The notes under the pieces are model-generated. The model worked only from the letters and a program-made list of their open reading frames with translations, was not told the DNA's origin and made no database searches. A DNA stretch of 63,760 nt, the filler included, from Choristocarpus tenellus KU-1152 (lineage: Eukaryota; Protista; Phaeophyceae): the NCBI GenBank assembly GCA_964200185.2. It is 10 parts of 10 records of this genome, joined end to end, with 100 filler letters (N's around TTAATTAATTAA, not from the genome) between each part and the next. Parts side by side here need not be neighbours in the genome. Positions count along the whole stretch, not along the records: positions 36,556 to 39,193 come from CAXNAD020026060.1; positions 39,294 to 45,690 come from CAXNAD020008222.1; positions 45,791 to 50,377 come from CAXNAD020013893.1; 7 more parts are not named here. One strand, given 5' to 3'. This document shows positions 36,985 through 49,713 of the stretch, one piece after another. The position numbers were made by a program, and so were the translations under genes. How positions within the stretch are numbered: the first letter of the stretch is position 1; each line of letters starts with the position of its first letter.

Positions 36985-38899
36985 GTGGGGCAGCCATCTT
37001 TGCTATCCCCGAAGACTCTGTGCTCAACGTCGCCGTCCAGGCATTCCTTGCTGTGCCCCTTCTTGTGATCCTTCCCGGAGCGTGTGCTGCAGGAGGTGTA
37101 TTGCTATCTGGACTCAGGTGAGAGAATCATTGCCCTGTGTGTGTGTGTGTGTTACCAAGACAAGAGTTGCCTTCTTGACACCCCCGTAGTGTTGATGTGA
37201 ACACCAAGAAGTTTTAACCCTAACCCTAATCCTAATCCTTTCAATCCTTAACTTTGGAATGGAATAGCGTTGGTATATATGTTGAGTGCTGGTATTTTCT
37301 TACTTTTGTATATACCTGTCATTACTTCTTTTTTTCATTTATTCCATGTATGTAGTCCTTGAAAAGAGAATCCAACAACGGCTAACCACAGGTAATTTTT
37401 TTTTTTTTTTAAACCTTGCGACTGGTTTTAGTTTCAAGCAATGGCAGTTACACCATGCATCTCTAGTACGTGTAGTACATCCCAAGAGCTCAAGAAGTGG
37501 TGTCTAAGGGGAACACCCATGCACGTGGGTCGCGATCGGAAACATTAGATACGATTCGGTGAGAGTGTTAACTGCAATTGGCCCGGAGGCACTTTGGGTG
37601 CACTTGATTAGAATCGATACGTGCGTGCGCTCGAAGCAAGGCGCGTGGAAAACGCCTGAGAGTGGAGGGGTGACGGCGCCCCGCAGCAAGAGAGGAAATC
37701 CCGACGGAGAGAGCTCGCATAGAACAAACAGTCTATTGAACCCCCTAACTTGACTCAGCACCCCCCTTTCCATATCGGATTTCGACTTTCTTCTACTTTT
37801 GTTGAATTCAAAGAGTTTGCAGAAGTGCCTACTACTACAACGCAAGCCACATACCAACTTCCTCACGTCATGTGTGTGTGGCCGTTCTGATCGTGTTGGT
37901 GTGTATCCCTGCTGTTCCTTGGCCTCCTCCCCCACATCCTTTCTCAGCTCCGGTGCCCTCGTGAACACCGTGGCCTCCGTGGGCTCTTCTACCGCTTCCT
38001 CCTCCTTGTCCGCAGCACCTGTGAGTGTTCGAGAGGGGGCGGGGTGGTGATTGTATGCTTTTTTGCTTGCTGTGTTTGGCTAAGTGGGGTTGCCGCTGCA
38101 GTTAACATCGTGTGCGTGCGTGGATGTGCAACTCTTTTTTCAATTTTTATTTTTTATCAGAGGTTCAAGTGAGGGATGTGTTTTTTTTCTTTGTTGTACT
38201 GGTGTCATCTGCCTGTGTGTGTGTGTGTTTGTGTCAATCTCATTGTGCGTGTTGTGTTCTTGATATATATATATATATATATTTAATCGACTCTAGTGCC
38301 GTATTTTGTAACTGTAAGAAGGCAATAAGTTGCTTGTTGGTGTATGTACGTATGTATGACTTGTATTTTTGTGTGTTTTATAGTAATTGTGACTTGGAGT
38401 TTAACACAGCTTGTGCAAGAATTGTGACACAGGTTGTAATAAGATCGCTAAAAAATAATAAAATGCTCCATCACGTGATGAAACTATTGTATGGAGGCTG
38501 TATAGTCTGGCGTTAATGACGTTGATCCATGTCCATCATCCTCCATCCTAGCGCTTCTCGTGGATCTTACTTACTCGGCAGTATTTAAATCAATTCGGTG
38601 ATAAGCTCTCGTCCTTCCTGGCAAGAAGTGATCAGAGTTGATCAATCGGGTTCGAAATCAAAGTATTATTATCATCCTTCCTGGCAAGTAGTGATCTGTG
38701 TTGATTATAATTGGTTTTGAAATCAAAGTGTAATCATTTGCTTTGTTATCCACGTGTACAAATGTTTCTGTCTTGACTTGCCACACAAATTTATATGCAG
38801 GTGGCCATGGCCCCAACATCTGGACGGCCTGTGGTTTCGTCTGGGCGCCCTGCTGCTGCTGCACGAAAGGCCCCCAAGCCTGCCCCTGCCCCTAAGAAG
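36985..38899 (+). CDS. DUF1118 / RIQ-like thylakoid membrane protein, internal fragment (3 exons)
   Basis: Exons 36985-37117, 37948-38020, 38801-38899: GAAIFAIPEDSVLNVAVQAFLAVPLLVILPGACAAGGVLLSGLS|SGALVNTVASVGSSTASSSLSAAP|VAMAPTSGRPVVSSGRPAAAARKAPKPAPAPKK. The IP(D/E)DSxxxVxxQ motif between hydrophobic helices is typical of DUF1118. Confidence 0.7.
38612..38729. repeat. Diverged tandem duplication (~63-bp period)
   Basis: TCCTTCCTGGCAAG..GTGATC..GAAATCAAAGT starts at 38612 and at 38675. Confidence 0.85.
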
Positions 38900-39193
38900 G
38901 TGGCTTAAGAATGGAGATACAGAAAAGAAGGCTTGTATGTCTTTTTGGTTGGATGGTTGGTTGGTTATGAATTCTTTCAAGTCCTTCTGTGTATAAAGTC
39001 CTTTCACTCAGTATTTTTATGTACTTGATGCTCTACTGTAGTGTTGTGTAAATGGATGCTCCCGGACTCTGCCAATCCCCCCGCTGCCTTAAGGGTTTTA
39101 GTTAGCACTTTTTTAAGTTGTATGTTTTATTAGCCCCCTTCCCTTCCCCTTCCCCATGCCCCCCACCCCCTCAAAACATACGCCTTGTTTTTT

Positions 39194-39293
39194 NNNNNNN
39201 NNNNNNNNNNNNNNNNNNNNNNNNNNNNNNNNNNNNNTTAATTAATTAANNNNNNNNNNNNNNNNNNNNNNNNNNNNNNNNNNNNNNNNNNNN
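39194..39293. other. Artificial contig linker
   Basis: N44-TTAATTAATTAA-N44. Confidence 0.98.
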
Positions 39294-41038
39294 GGGGAAA
39301 TTTTTGGGGGGATTGGGGATGGTTGATGTATTAATTTTGAAATTAAGACCGTGAAATGTTTCAGCACAGGGAAGCATAGGTGGTCTAAATGTACTGTGTA
39401 GAGGTGTTGAGGTGTTGGGGGGGGGGGGATTAGATTGGCATGTAACAAACTGACCATGTGCTTTTTTATCACTCTATAATGTGTCATCCCTAAGGTTGGC
39501 ACATTCGTGCCAGTGCCCACAAAGAATTTGGATTCTGGAGACTTTTTTTCCCGTTTTTTACCTCTAATTCTGTTTTGAATTCATGTGTCTTGTTCTTTTT
39601 CAGGTGCTCAGCTGCCTTGGCTTCAGGAAGTTCACACCAAACAACTTCTAAACAATCTGTTAATCAAGGGCAATGTAATTGTAATGTCAGGCAGGGGTCA
39701 GATGCTGTTGCCCCCCCCCTTTTTTTTCGGTGTTGCTGAGGCTATTGGTCGTGTGTGGAAGGGAAATGTGGGATGTTTTGCTTTGAGGTACACCCAGCAC
39801 ACCCAATTTGGCAGGAATTAGCTATGCCTGGACAGTTTGTGTGCACAAGTGAACACTCAACTGGAGCCAGTGACTGTTGAATGCGCAAAGTTTGTTTGTC
39901 TGTGTGTGTGGGGGGGCGGTGTCATCTTTTTGAATTAGGGTACTGTATTCAGTCTGTACCTATTTTACTTCATGCTGTAGTCGTTTTGTGTTAATGTGAA
40001 GATGGTTGAAAAACTGATCATATATAAGTAAGCAACTATATAAGAATACTTCTCTGCTGCTCCACCGCATCTCGACCAGAACAACAAGAGTACTGTAATT
40101 CCTTAGAATTATGATGATTTTGATTTTGGAGACGTGCACTTCTTGTCTAGAACTTTTAGGTTTTGAGGATTGGAAGGCATGTTACGGTGCAGTCAAATGA
40201 TGTGGGGTGGATGTGTTTGGAATGATGCCTTACTGCCTTTGGGTGCTCTGGTTTCGAAGAAGCTCTTTCTTGGCCAGGCAACCCTGTAAGAATTTCATAG
40301 TTGGTGTGCTGATGATGCATGGGGATTAGCTTCCATGCTCTGTTATGAGGAAGTTGTGTTGTGTGTTGTTTGTTCTTAGCTAAGGTCATGATTTTGTTTT
40401 GACTTGAGGCCGTGACCTGAGGACAAAACTGAAGCAAAGACTCTACTTTAGTATGTCACAATACTTCAAAGTAGATAATCAATCTGCTTACTTGTGTGAC
40501 TTGCTTTTTTGTTGCTTTGGTGCTTGAAGCACGAGTACTTCCCCCACTGTTGAAAAAAGGTGTGGGGTCATTGGTTAGGTTGTATGTGGTGAGTCATGTT
40601 GATGTCACACATACACGCATGGCACACAATGTAGTGTTTGTTCTTATATGTTTGCAGTCTCATCAATGACTGATGTCATAGTGCGATATTGGTTAGATTT
40701 ATGTACAAAGAAAAATGATACAGAAGCGCTTTCACTCTCTTTTCATGCTTTCACCAATGTTTTTGAATCCCTTTTCCGAGCATAGCAAATAGTTCCTTTT
40801 TAGTACCTTTGCCATACTCTCTTTTTGTTGACCTGTTCTGCTGGCCTTATAGGACTCAGCCCAGCCTTTATTGGTCAGCAATTTTTTGCTAGTTTGATTG
40901 TGTTTTGGTGAGGGGGTCTCCTTGTCCCCCCACACTTCCCTTAGTAACCTACTGTTGTATATATTTTCTTGTTTTCTTAGTAGTACCTCATTAGACCCTG
41001 TTGTCATGGCAGCCTTTAATTGGGAAGCACCTACTTAC

Positions 41039-42325
41039 ACTCCTCACTAACTGCTGTATGTGCTCCCTCCCTATGACTTGCGCTGCCTACCACCACCACC
41101 AGCTGAATTTCCACCCCATACCATTTCAAGGGAAGCTTTAATGAATTCCCATTTTTTTCTCTTCAAGTATGTCTTGTCACTTCTGACTCTAGTTATTAGT
41201 ATGTGACCGGTTGTTATAGTAGCAGTGTCCTTCTATCACATACTACCGTTATTTTGATCAAGCATATTATATTGCCCATTCGTTTGTTGTTTTCCCATTG
41301 TCTAAAAGAAGGGTCCTCAACCAATTGATCGGGTTTCATTATTTGCCCGTCTTCCCCACATTATTCTTTCCTCGGCTGATCCGTGATGGCTGAGTGAATC
41401 TCAGGCTCACTCTGATGATTCGTTGATACAATTTCCAGCGCTCCTCTCCCGTTTTTCTTCCTCGCTGCATCCACTGCAAAATTCATGCACAATATGGAAA
41501 GCATACTACCTGGTAACAGAGAAATGACGAGGTGTTCATATAGGCTGCAGGTACAGTACATAGGACTAATCATACATTGTCACCGAGATGATATATTGCT
41601 AATATATTGAGTCAAAGTACACAAGAGGTAACCAGGTTCGACGCGATTCAGAAAAGCGCTGTACGCATTTATTTGTACAAGTAGGAATTTCTGCACATTC
41701 TTGTATCCTGAAAATACAACCCTGGGCGCCTCTTGCTTGCTTTGACTGCTTCATGTTGGTTGTTGTTCTTGTGACTACTACTCCTCAAGAAAGCCTCTTG
41801 GAGCCAAAACGCAAACTGCCCGTTACGTCCCTCGCTACAGTACTAAAGGACTCAGCTGCAACATCAACAGTAGTAGTAGTGGTGAGGTCGTGCCGAAGGG
41901 TACGAAAACCCCTCAGTACCTCACCTTGAAGTAATTGCGGAAATGATTCTTCAACTTGCCAAAATTGCCCTTCATCTCTTAATAAAGGCGCAGGAGAACC
42001 TTGTCAAGGTTGTCACATGCATTACAGGAGATGTGGCATATTTATATGCAGGTATTCTGGGGCAGACGTAGTGGTAGAGATGCATCCTATTATTGTCGCC
42101 CATTCCCATGTTTCTTATTATTGCTGATTTCCACCGTGCAAACAGAAAATGTACAACTGTTGTTGAATGTTTATTACTTGCCACGGCATAGTATGTGAAG
42201 TGAGTCAAAGTAAACAAGAGGAACAGTAGTGATTGCGGGTGCACTCGGAAGAAATAAGGCAACATCGGTGACACGTGTACACTCGATCAAATGATATCGT
42301 CCCATAGGCCGGATCAGAGTGGGGG
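41039..42325 (-). CDS. Unknown spliced gene or young pseudogene (4 exons, apparent in-frame TAA)
   Basis: Exons 42283-42325, 41925-41999, 41411-41473, 41039-41086 have AG/GT boundaries and join in phase: PHSDPAYGTISFDR|VLLRLY*EMKGNFGKLKNHFRNYFK|WMQRGRKTGEERWKLYQRIIR|AAQVIGREHIQQLVRS. No family recognised. Confidence 0.5.
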
Positions 42326-42950
42326 CTGGTCACAATCAAGTTCCTTGTTAAGAGTAGGCCCTGTTGGATATGTCAATACCGGCAGTTATCCGTCAAGCAA
42401 CAATCTGTCTCCGGTAAAATGGAGAAGCCTTTTAATAAAGTAGTTGATACAATATGATATGTGAACATGACTTGCTCTGACGTATGGGCACACCTACTAT
42501 ACTATGTCGTCAATACAACTTAATCCCTTGGTAATATAGGCATTTTTTTTTTGTGAGTGTTCCGCACCATCAATGTGACAAAAAATGCCTATGATACGAA
42601 CAGGTCCCGTTTGGGATCTACAACACATCAATATGTGACGCTGGGCGGAGGCAGATTCTTTACTCGTGCCACCTTTTGACGTTGAGGCCAGCCAACGTAA
42701 TGTGGTGTGGGTCAGACGCATGAGTGACTGGCTTGTTGTGTGGCCCTGATATGAACGGTGGATTCAAAGCAGGAAATCTGAGGGTTTGTTAACTGTTCTG
42801 ACCGGTTCTAGTCAATCACAATGGGAAATAAAGAACATTTTACTCTGACGCTCTCAACCCCCACCCAGTATAGCTCAGCCCCATCTTCTTCCTTCCTGAA
42901 TCTCAAATATGTGGTGGTTTTCAACATCCCCCATCACACAGAACTTGATA

Positions 42951-42990
42951 TTCACGCTGGGGCTCGAACTCGGGACCTTGGATCTATCGG
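42951..42990 (-). repeat. tRNA-like 3' fragment (B-box), possibly a SINE remnant
   Basis: The minus strand reads AAGGTCCCGAGTTCGAGCCCCAGCGTGAA, a variable-loop/T-arm pattern. No A-box or full cloverleaf is visible. Confidence 0.35.
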
Positions 42991-43565
42991 GACCTCTATA
43001 TTTTGTTTTTTTTGAGGTATTTATTACATGTGTCGTGTCAATCGGTAATCTGCCGGAACTGTTTCTATCGGTTATCTACCGGTCACACTCACACTCTTAC
43101 ACTCTCACATTCACAAAAGCGATTGTGTGGCAGCTATTCACATATTTTATTTTCTCAATAATAGTACTTTATTAGAATCTACAGTACGAGGTACCAGTCT
43201 GTTGGTCTGTTGTTTTCAAAACATATTTCACCACCATCCCAGGTTCGGTCCAGTCACCTAATGCTGGTCCAATTTTATTTCCTTGACCATTTCTAGTTTG
43301 TTGTCGTCTGAACCACTCAAATCAAATCCCTCACCCACTCACTACACGTGTCATGTCACGGTTTGACCTCCTGCGCGCGAGCCGCGTGGTTGGAGTATAC
43401 TTCTTATTTGTTCATGTTTATCTTAAAGCTCCTTCCACAGTTCACTTCAACCCATCACTTCCTCCCTATCCTGCGAAACCTCTGCCTTTCTCTACTACTG
43501 TACTGGCTTAGTGAAAGGCCTACCTGCAATCTACCTTGATTAACAAATTAGGGAAGACATCAAAG

Positions 43566-45491
43566 ATGAAGTTCCAGCGGGGATTTGTTGTTGCAGGGTT
43601 GCTTAGTTGCAACTCACTAGTCGGCACTTGGGGGGCCAAGAATGATGAGGTGAGATGTACGTATCAGTTTTTCTCCACTTTGTCCTTATCTTTCTTTTGC
43701 GCTTATACCTACGTGCTCCTATCAGTTCTCCTTCGCCTAGGGAGTTTTCAACAATTTGCCCCATTTCATGGTTAACTTGTAGACCTTTCATGATGTTTTC
43801 CTTACAACAGCACGCATGGCGAGGGAAAATTCTTGATAATTGGTCTGAGCTCACATTACCGTATCACCTTTTATCCACTTCCAAATATGTTTTGAATGGA
43901 CGTAAACTCAAGGATGAACCGAAGATGCCGAAGGGGAAGGATGCGGCTGACCTTGCGCGGATGGGCTTTGCCCGAGCTGGTGAGCACTACCGTCCATGAC
44001 TCGTTCGAGGCATCGGTTCTTACCCAGCCATTCAGTGCGCCCAGTTTTACATCATTCCTCTTACTTCGATTTGGGTATGTATCCTTCCAACCATACTACT
44101 CCATATATCTGCCAATCTGACCTGAGAGATGTTCTTTGCAACTTGTACTGCCTCTCCATCCGATCTCCGAGCAAGCATGCAATCACCTTGGCCTAAAAGT
44201 AGTAATTCAATTTGCCATGCTAATCATGTTTCCTGCAGTTCATCTTACACCGATTTCTATTTCGCCCCAATTTCTGATGGGTCCCAGCGGGCGATATGGG
44301 CATGATGCGTGACCTAATGGAGGACCTTAAGGATCCAGAGACTATGAAGGAAGTAGAAAAACTCATGAAGGTGTGTGGGAGCAATTTGAAGGCTGGATGA
44401 GTGGCAAAATATAAGAACAGGAGGACTGAACTTAGTTGTGGGGCATGCCTGAATTGTCTAGATAAGTTCGCATCATTGAGGGATGTATGTGAGGAATGCT
44501 CAGCAAATATGGGCCTTTATCCTCCGCCCTGCTTTCCCCTCGCTCTACGAGTAGTTCAGGCATCGTCTTTATGTACAATTCCTGTCCGCATAATTTTTGA
44601 CTGGACCGAAGGAAACGCTGCAGACAACGATCCTATCTGAGTTCTCACCCCAATATCACATCACATATGTTTCAAGCGACTCTCAAACTTGGATATTTGA
44701 ACAGAACAGGTAACACGCACTCCCATCCCATCCAGCCCTCCACATCAAGGCCAGCTATTGACTTCTTTTCCCCAACACTGACTGAAAACCGCCTTTTATA
44801 GGGGTCTCTTTTTTTTTCGCACTTTTCGAGGTTGGCAGACTGTGCGATATGTTCTGCATGTCATCCAGTTCAAAGAACCAGAAGATATTGTGTAGTAGTA
44901 ACCATGTCTTGAGCATGAGGAAAAATCAAAACTTTTCTTGAAGACAACGACAAGAACGAGGAACGTCATCCTTTGTACGCAACATTGATCTTGTATGATA
45001 TTTTGGGAGGGCATGCTGTGGTTTTCTCCTTGCATCAAATATGGAACAGAGTGCCTTAGGTGAACTCAACCCGACATTGGTAAAAAAAACATAGTTGGAA
45101 TGTATGTGGTGTGTGCTGTTGGTTCTATGTGCTTCCCCAATGACAATCCATTTCCTGAGGTTTGATTGTTGACACCAAATTTTGTCACTGTTAGTATTTA
45201 CCTGTACAGTAGCTCCTCTGAAGTGCCTACAATCACCACTGTACTGCAAAGGTGTGTCTTGAGATTTACCGTTTGTTACTCGGTGTGTGCGTTGGGTCAG
45301 TCCTGTCTGAAATCTTGTTTGTTTCTGCCCCCACCCCCCCCTTGGCCCTATATTCTCCTTTCCTTGGCCAGGACAAGAAGTTCATTGCAGAGGTGGACAA
45401 GCACGTTGGGAGCAAGGAGTGGGAAGAAGCCTATGGTGAGGCTCTGAAGTTCCTTACTGACCCAGAGGCCATGGCCAAGATGCAGGCAGAG
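43566..45491 (+). CDS. Signal-peptide protein with STI1/HOP-like DP repeats, 3' end probably missing
   Basis: Exons 43566-43649, 43913-43979, 44288-44370, 45372-45491: MKFQRGFVVAGLLSCNSLVGTWGAKNDE|DEPKMPKGKDAADLARMGFARAA|GDMGMMRDLMEDLKDPETMKEVEKLMK|DKKFIAEVDKHVGSKEWEEAYGEALKFLTDPEAMAKMQAE. Met-rich helices with repeated DPE. Confidence 0.8.
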
Positions 45492-45690
45492 GTGGGGGAG
45501 GTCGATCATGCCTTGCAATAATAATAATTATTGTTAGTGGTAGGGCTAGGGTTGGTATATCATATAATTACATGATCCACCCATGTCTTTTTCCATCTGA
45601 GGTTCAGTAGCCGACCAACTCCTTTGCCCCCTTACACACCCCGCCCCCCCCCCCCCCCCCCCCCTCCTTTTTCTCCTGCCGCCTCTTGTC

Positions 45691-45790
45691 NNNNNNNNNN
45701 NNNNNNNNNNNNNNNNNNNNNNNNNNNNNNNNNNTTAATTAATTAANNNNNNNNNNNNNNNNNNNNNNNNNNNNNNNNNNNNNNNNNNNN
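45691..45790. other. Artificial contig linker
   Basis: N44-TTAATTAATTAA-N44. Confidence 0.98.
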
Positions 45791-46072
45791 TTTTTCTCAA
45801 ACGTTTATTGATAAAACAAAAAAAAAAAGATTTACAAACAAAACTAAAAAGGTGGTAACAGTACCATAAAAGAGACAAACACAGGTGAGCATTCATGGTT
45901 CCGGGTTACGTTATATATACAGTCTGAAAAAGGGGGGGATACAGGGGGGGTGGTATACAATACGGCTAGAGCGATTCACTCCAAAACGCCTTTGAACCTT
46001 TACACACTCCATGGGAGGTTCACAAAACGCTCAACCATTCACACCACCGCAGACAGGAACACTCTCACACGG

Positions 46073-46267
46073 CAACACACCAACACATGCCAGGCAACAA
46101 CACAACTCAAACAGGCCAGCACTCAACACAACACACCAACACATGCCAGGCAACAACACAACTCAAACAGGTCAGCACTCAACACAACACACCAACACAT
46201 GCCAGGCAACAACACAACTCAAACAGGCCAGCACTCAACACAACACAACACAACACAACACAACACA
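46073..46267. repeat. 3 x 56-bp tandem repeat followed by (CAACA)n
   Basis: Unit CAACACACCAACACATGCCAGGCAACAACACAACTCAAACAGGCCAGCACTCAACA. Confidence 0.95.
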
Positions 46268-46330
46268 AAACTAACATGCCCAAGCACCTCCACCATCAAG
46301 AATAAAAATCGCACAGACTGGCAGACACAC

Positions 46331-48491
46331 CTCTGGGCCGTTGAAGACGCTGGGCTCGTTCATGTCATTCCATGTGTAAAGGTCCATGGTGCTACCCTCA
46401 TACCTATCACATTATTCCCCACCGACCCCCCATCCCCATCGGGACAAAATCGGGACAAAATCGAGACACAGAAAAGTAGATCATAATTATGACATTAAAA
46501 AAATAAAAATAAACTATATATATATATATATATATATTTATTTATATATTTATCGCATGTTCGAGCGAAACGCACGACTGTATCATATAGCTGCTCACAG
46601 CAACAAAACGCCTTCTCTGGCAAGAGTATCAGATATATATATATATATATACTATTAATTCAATAGAGCAGGAACGGCGTTGAAACAGTCGGGGGAACGC
46701 CTCCTTAGATAATGGAAATAAATGGACATACACTTCGTGGATGTAGTAACACCCAGTCCACGCAAGGGTTTTCGAGTCAGCTCATGTAAACATGGGTTTA
46801 CAGAGATATGTTGGCATTGAAACAATCAGGTGTCTTGTCACAGGGTTAGGTAGGTATTCATCAATGCAAATAGGGTTAGGGTTCTCTTCTAACCCCCCCG
46901 AAAACAATAAACATGTCTCATTTTTTGTTTTCTTCCCAAGGACCCAGTGGAGGGTTGCAGCAATTGGGTGACTCCAATACCTCTCTTTGTCACATCAAGT
47001 ACCTCTCTTTGTCGCATCGATACGGTAGTAAAGGTATACCCTTTAAAATTCGTATGCTGTTGCAAATAACTCAGCAGAGGACAACGTAGAAGATTGTGCG
47101 GGGAACAACTACAATAAACTACAATATGTATGTCAATAAACTACAATATGCATGTCAATAAACTACAATATGTACGTCAATAAACTACAATATGGATGTC
47201 AATAAATTCTAACCAATGGGTTCATTTTTTTTTCTTCTAGAGGACGAACCAAGTAAAGATCTCACTTTTTGACATGCCTATTTCAAGGGGGGATGGACAA
47301 ACACACACAAACACACAGACACAGACACAGACAGATACAGACACACACACAGAGACACACAAGCTTCAGCACAATGGCAGGAAGCAGGGAGTCACTAGAT
47401 GGGACCAAGGACCAGGAGAAAAACAAGGCCAAGGGATGAGATGAGCCTTGGCCATACCAAAACGCCTCAAGGAAAGGTTCCTCACCGCGCATGAAAAAAA
47501 CCCAACAAACAACACTCACAAAATATCAGTGACATGCAAAGCAGAACATCTGAAACAACAGTACCCAGTAGCAGTCAGGTACCATTCAGGTACCATTTCT
47601 GAACCACTTAAAAAAGGTACAGTACCTGTCCAGGGCAAAGCGAGAGGCCCACCAAGCACGGACGCCTTCATCTGTAAAGTCAAGGTAACTAGATTGTCCC
47701 GGCCAGCACCACCCGTCGAAGTCCTGGTGGACAGTTGAGATAGGGAGGAGTTCCAGAACATTGGGAAGGCAGTACATGCTATTGACACGATACATTCTAT
47801 AGGGGTAACTGTTCAAAACCGGGTTTGTTTATCATTACTGGCAAGGCCAACGACACAGACACACAGCAACTACTGAAATATTTTATCAACGAATTGGATG
47901 ATCAGTGGCAGGGCAGGAGGGGAGGGGGGGCGGGGGGGGGAGGTAAGAGCAACCACTTTTTTTTTTCAACTTTCGGATAGGAGAGACAGTGTCAATAAAA
48001 AAAAAATGGGGGGCATGTTACAGTATATACTAAAAAAACGTTCTGTAACCAATAAAATAGTCAAAAATCCAACGTTTAGTTTTTACCACACTCAGAAAAA
48101 AAAACAAAAAAAGGGAAAGACAGGAAGGTGAGAAATTCTATGATGAAGTACAACACTTCCCCCACCGTGCGCAAATAAATATTCTACTGCCGACTATAGG
48201 GCATAAGGGCTGTTGGGCACCAACACGCCTCCCTACATAAAAAAATCCAACGAGAGATGCACAAGCACGGCACTTCACACCCACTCCACCAAAAACCCTA
48301 AGCCCTCAAAATTAATTTCGCCACAAAAACACACCTACACCTACACACATCTGATGCACCTTTCCATCCTTGTCCTTGACGTAGTAGCCCTTTGATGTAG
48401 CCTCCTTGTGTATTGCATAGGCGTTGTCTCTCTTTATGTGCGGGTCGACGATTGTCACCATCCGCCGGCCATGAGCAGACACCTGAATTCA

Positions 48492-48527
<36 letters not shown>

Positions 48528-49682
48528 TACATACAAATATAACATTAATATTATTATTATTATTATTATTATCGTATGTTTCTTCTTTCAATATTTATAT
48601 TTTTTTAATGTTTGTTTGTTTTGCCAGGCGTTTATGCACTCACGACAACAACAGTAGTGCATCGACCAGGATGCAAAGTCAGTCAGTCAGTCAGTCGTAT
48701 ATCGTGAGAGCAACAAACCACGGTATATGATGGGCGTACCTCACACCAACAAGAAAAGGTCACACCATCATACCATCATACCACCATACCATCATACCAA
48801 CCTTCCCAGATAGTAATGGGCAGAAGTCTTCGATATCTCGAGAAAATCACATTGATCTGGATCAAAACAGAACCCTATCTTAAATAAAGGTTAGGGTAGA
48901 CACGGGAGGGATTTACTACGTAGGCTGCTTCAAAACCAGAAAAAAACGTAGGTATCACTATAAAAACTATCAATGATCCTATAATCTATAATCACTATAA
49001 AAACTATCAATAATCCTATAATCTATAATCACTATAAAAACTATCAATGATCCTATAATCTATAATCACTATAAAAACTATCAATGATCCTATAATCTAT
49101 AATCACTATAAAAACTATCAATGATCCCGAAACTCTCGTGCGGCGTGCGTGCAAAGCGTGTTTCAAAATATATTTTTTGCACTTTTTTGTTTGTTTTTTT
49201 GTTTGTTTTTTCCAATGGGGTATCATAAAAAAAAAACACCATGCGCACAATACACTACACTACACTAACTACAACCCTAACCCTAAGCAGAGCAGTAAAG
49301 AGCGAAAACAATACCATACACGCCTGCGCATGCTGTACAACAGTGAAATGAAAAAAATTAAATAAAAAAACCTCGTCACAAAAAAGTGGAAAGGAAGGTA
49401 GTGTTAGTGTTAGGGTTAGGGTCACAGATCTCTTTGGGGTTCACAGGCATCACTCACAACAATGCCAGTCACGATAACCATGAAACTTGTCAGAACAGGC
49501 TGGAGTTCAACAACTAAGCACACCAAACATACACACATTGATGTCACCAGATCTCTTAATCAAGGGCAATGACAATCTACACATAATGCTTTTCATTCCT
49601 CCTCTACATCCTCCATGCCAAAGGAGAGAGTAGGCCTATAAACCAGACCAGGCAGTGAGAACATGCGCGCGCACATACATAT

Positions 49683-49713
<31 letters not shown>

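Noticed and set aside
48954-49127. CRISPR-like array (37-bp repeats)
   Set aside because: The units are head-to-tail with no unique spacers and lie inside a eukaryotic intron with no cas genes.
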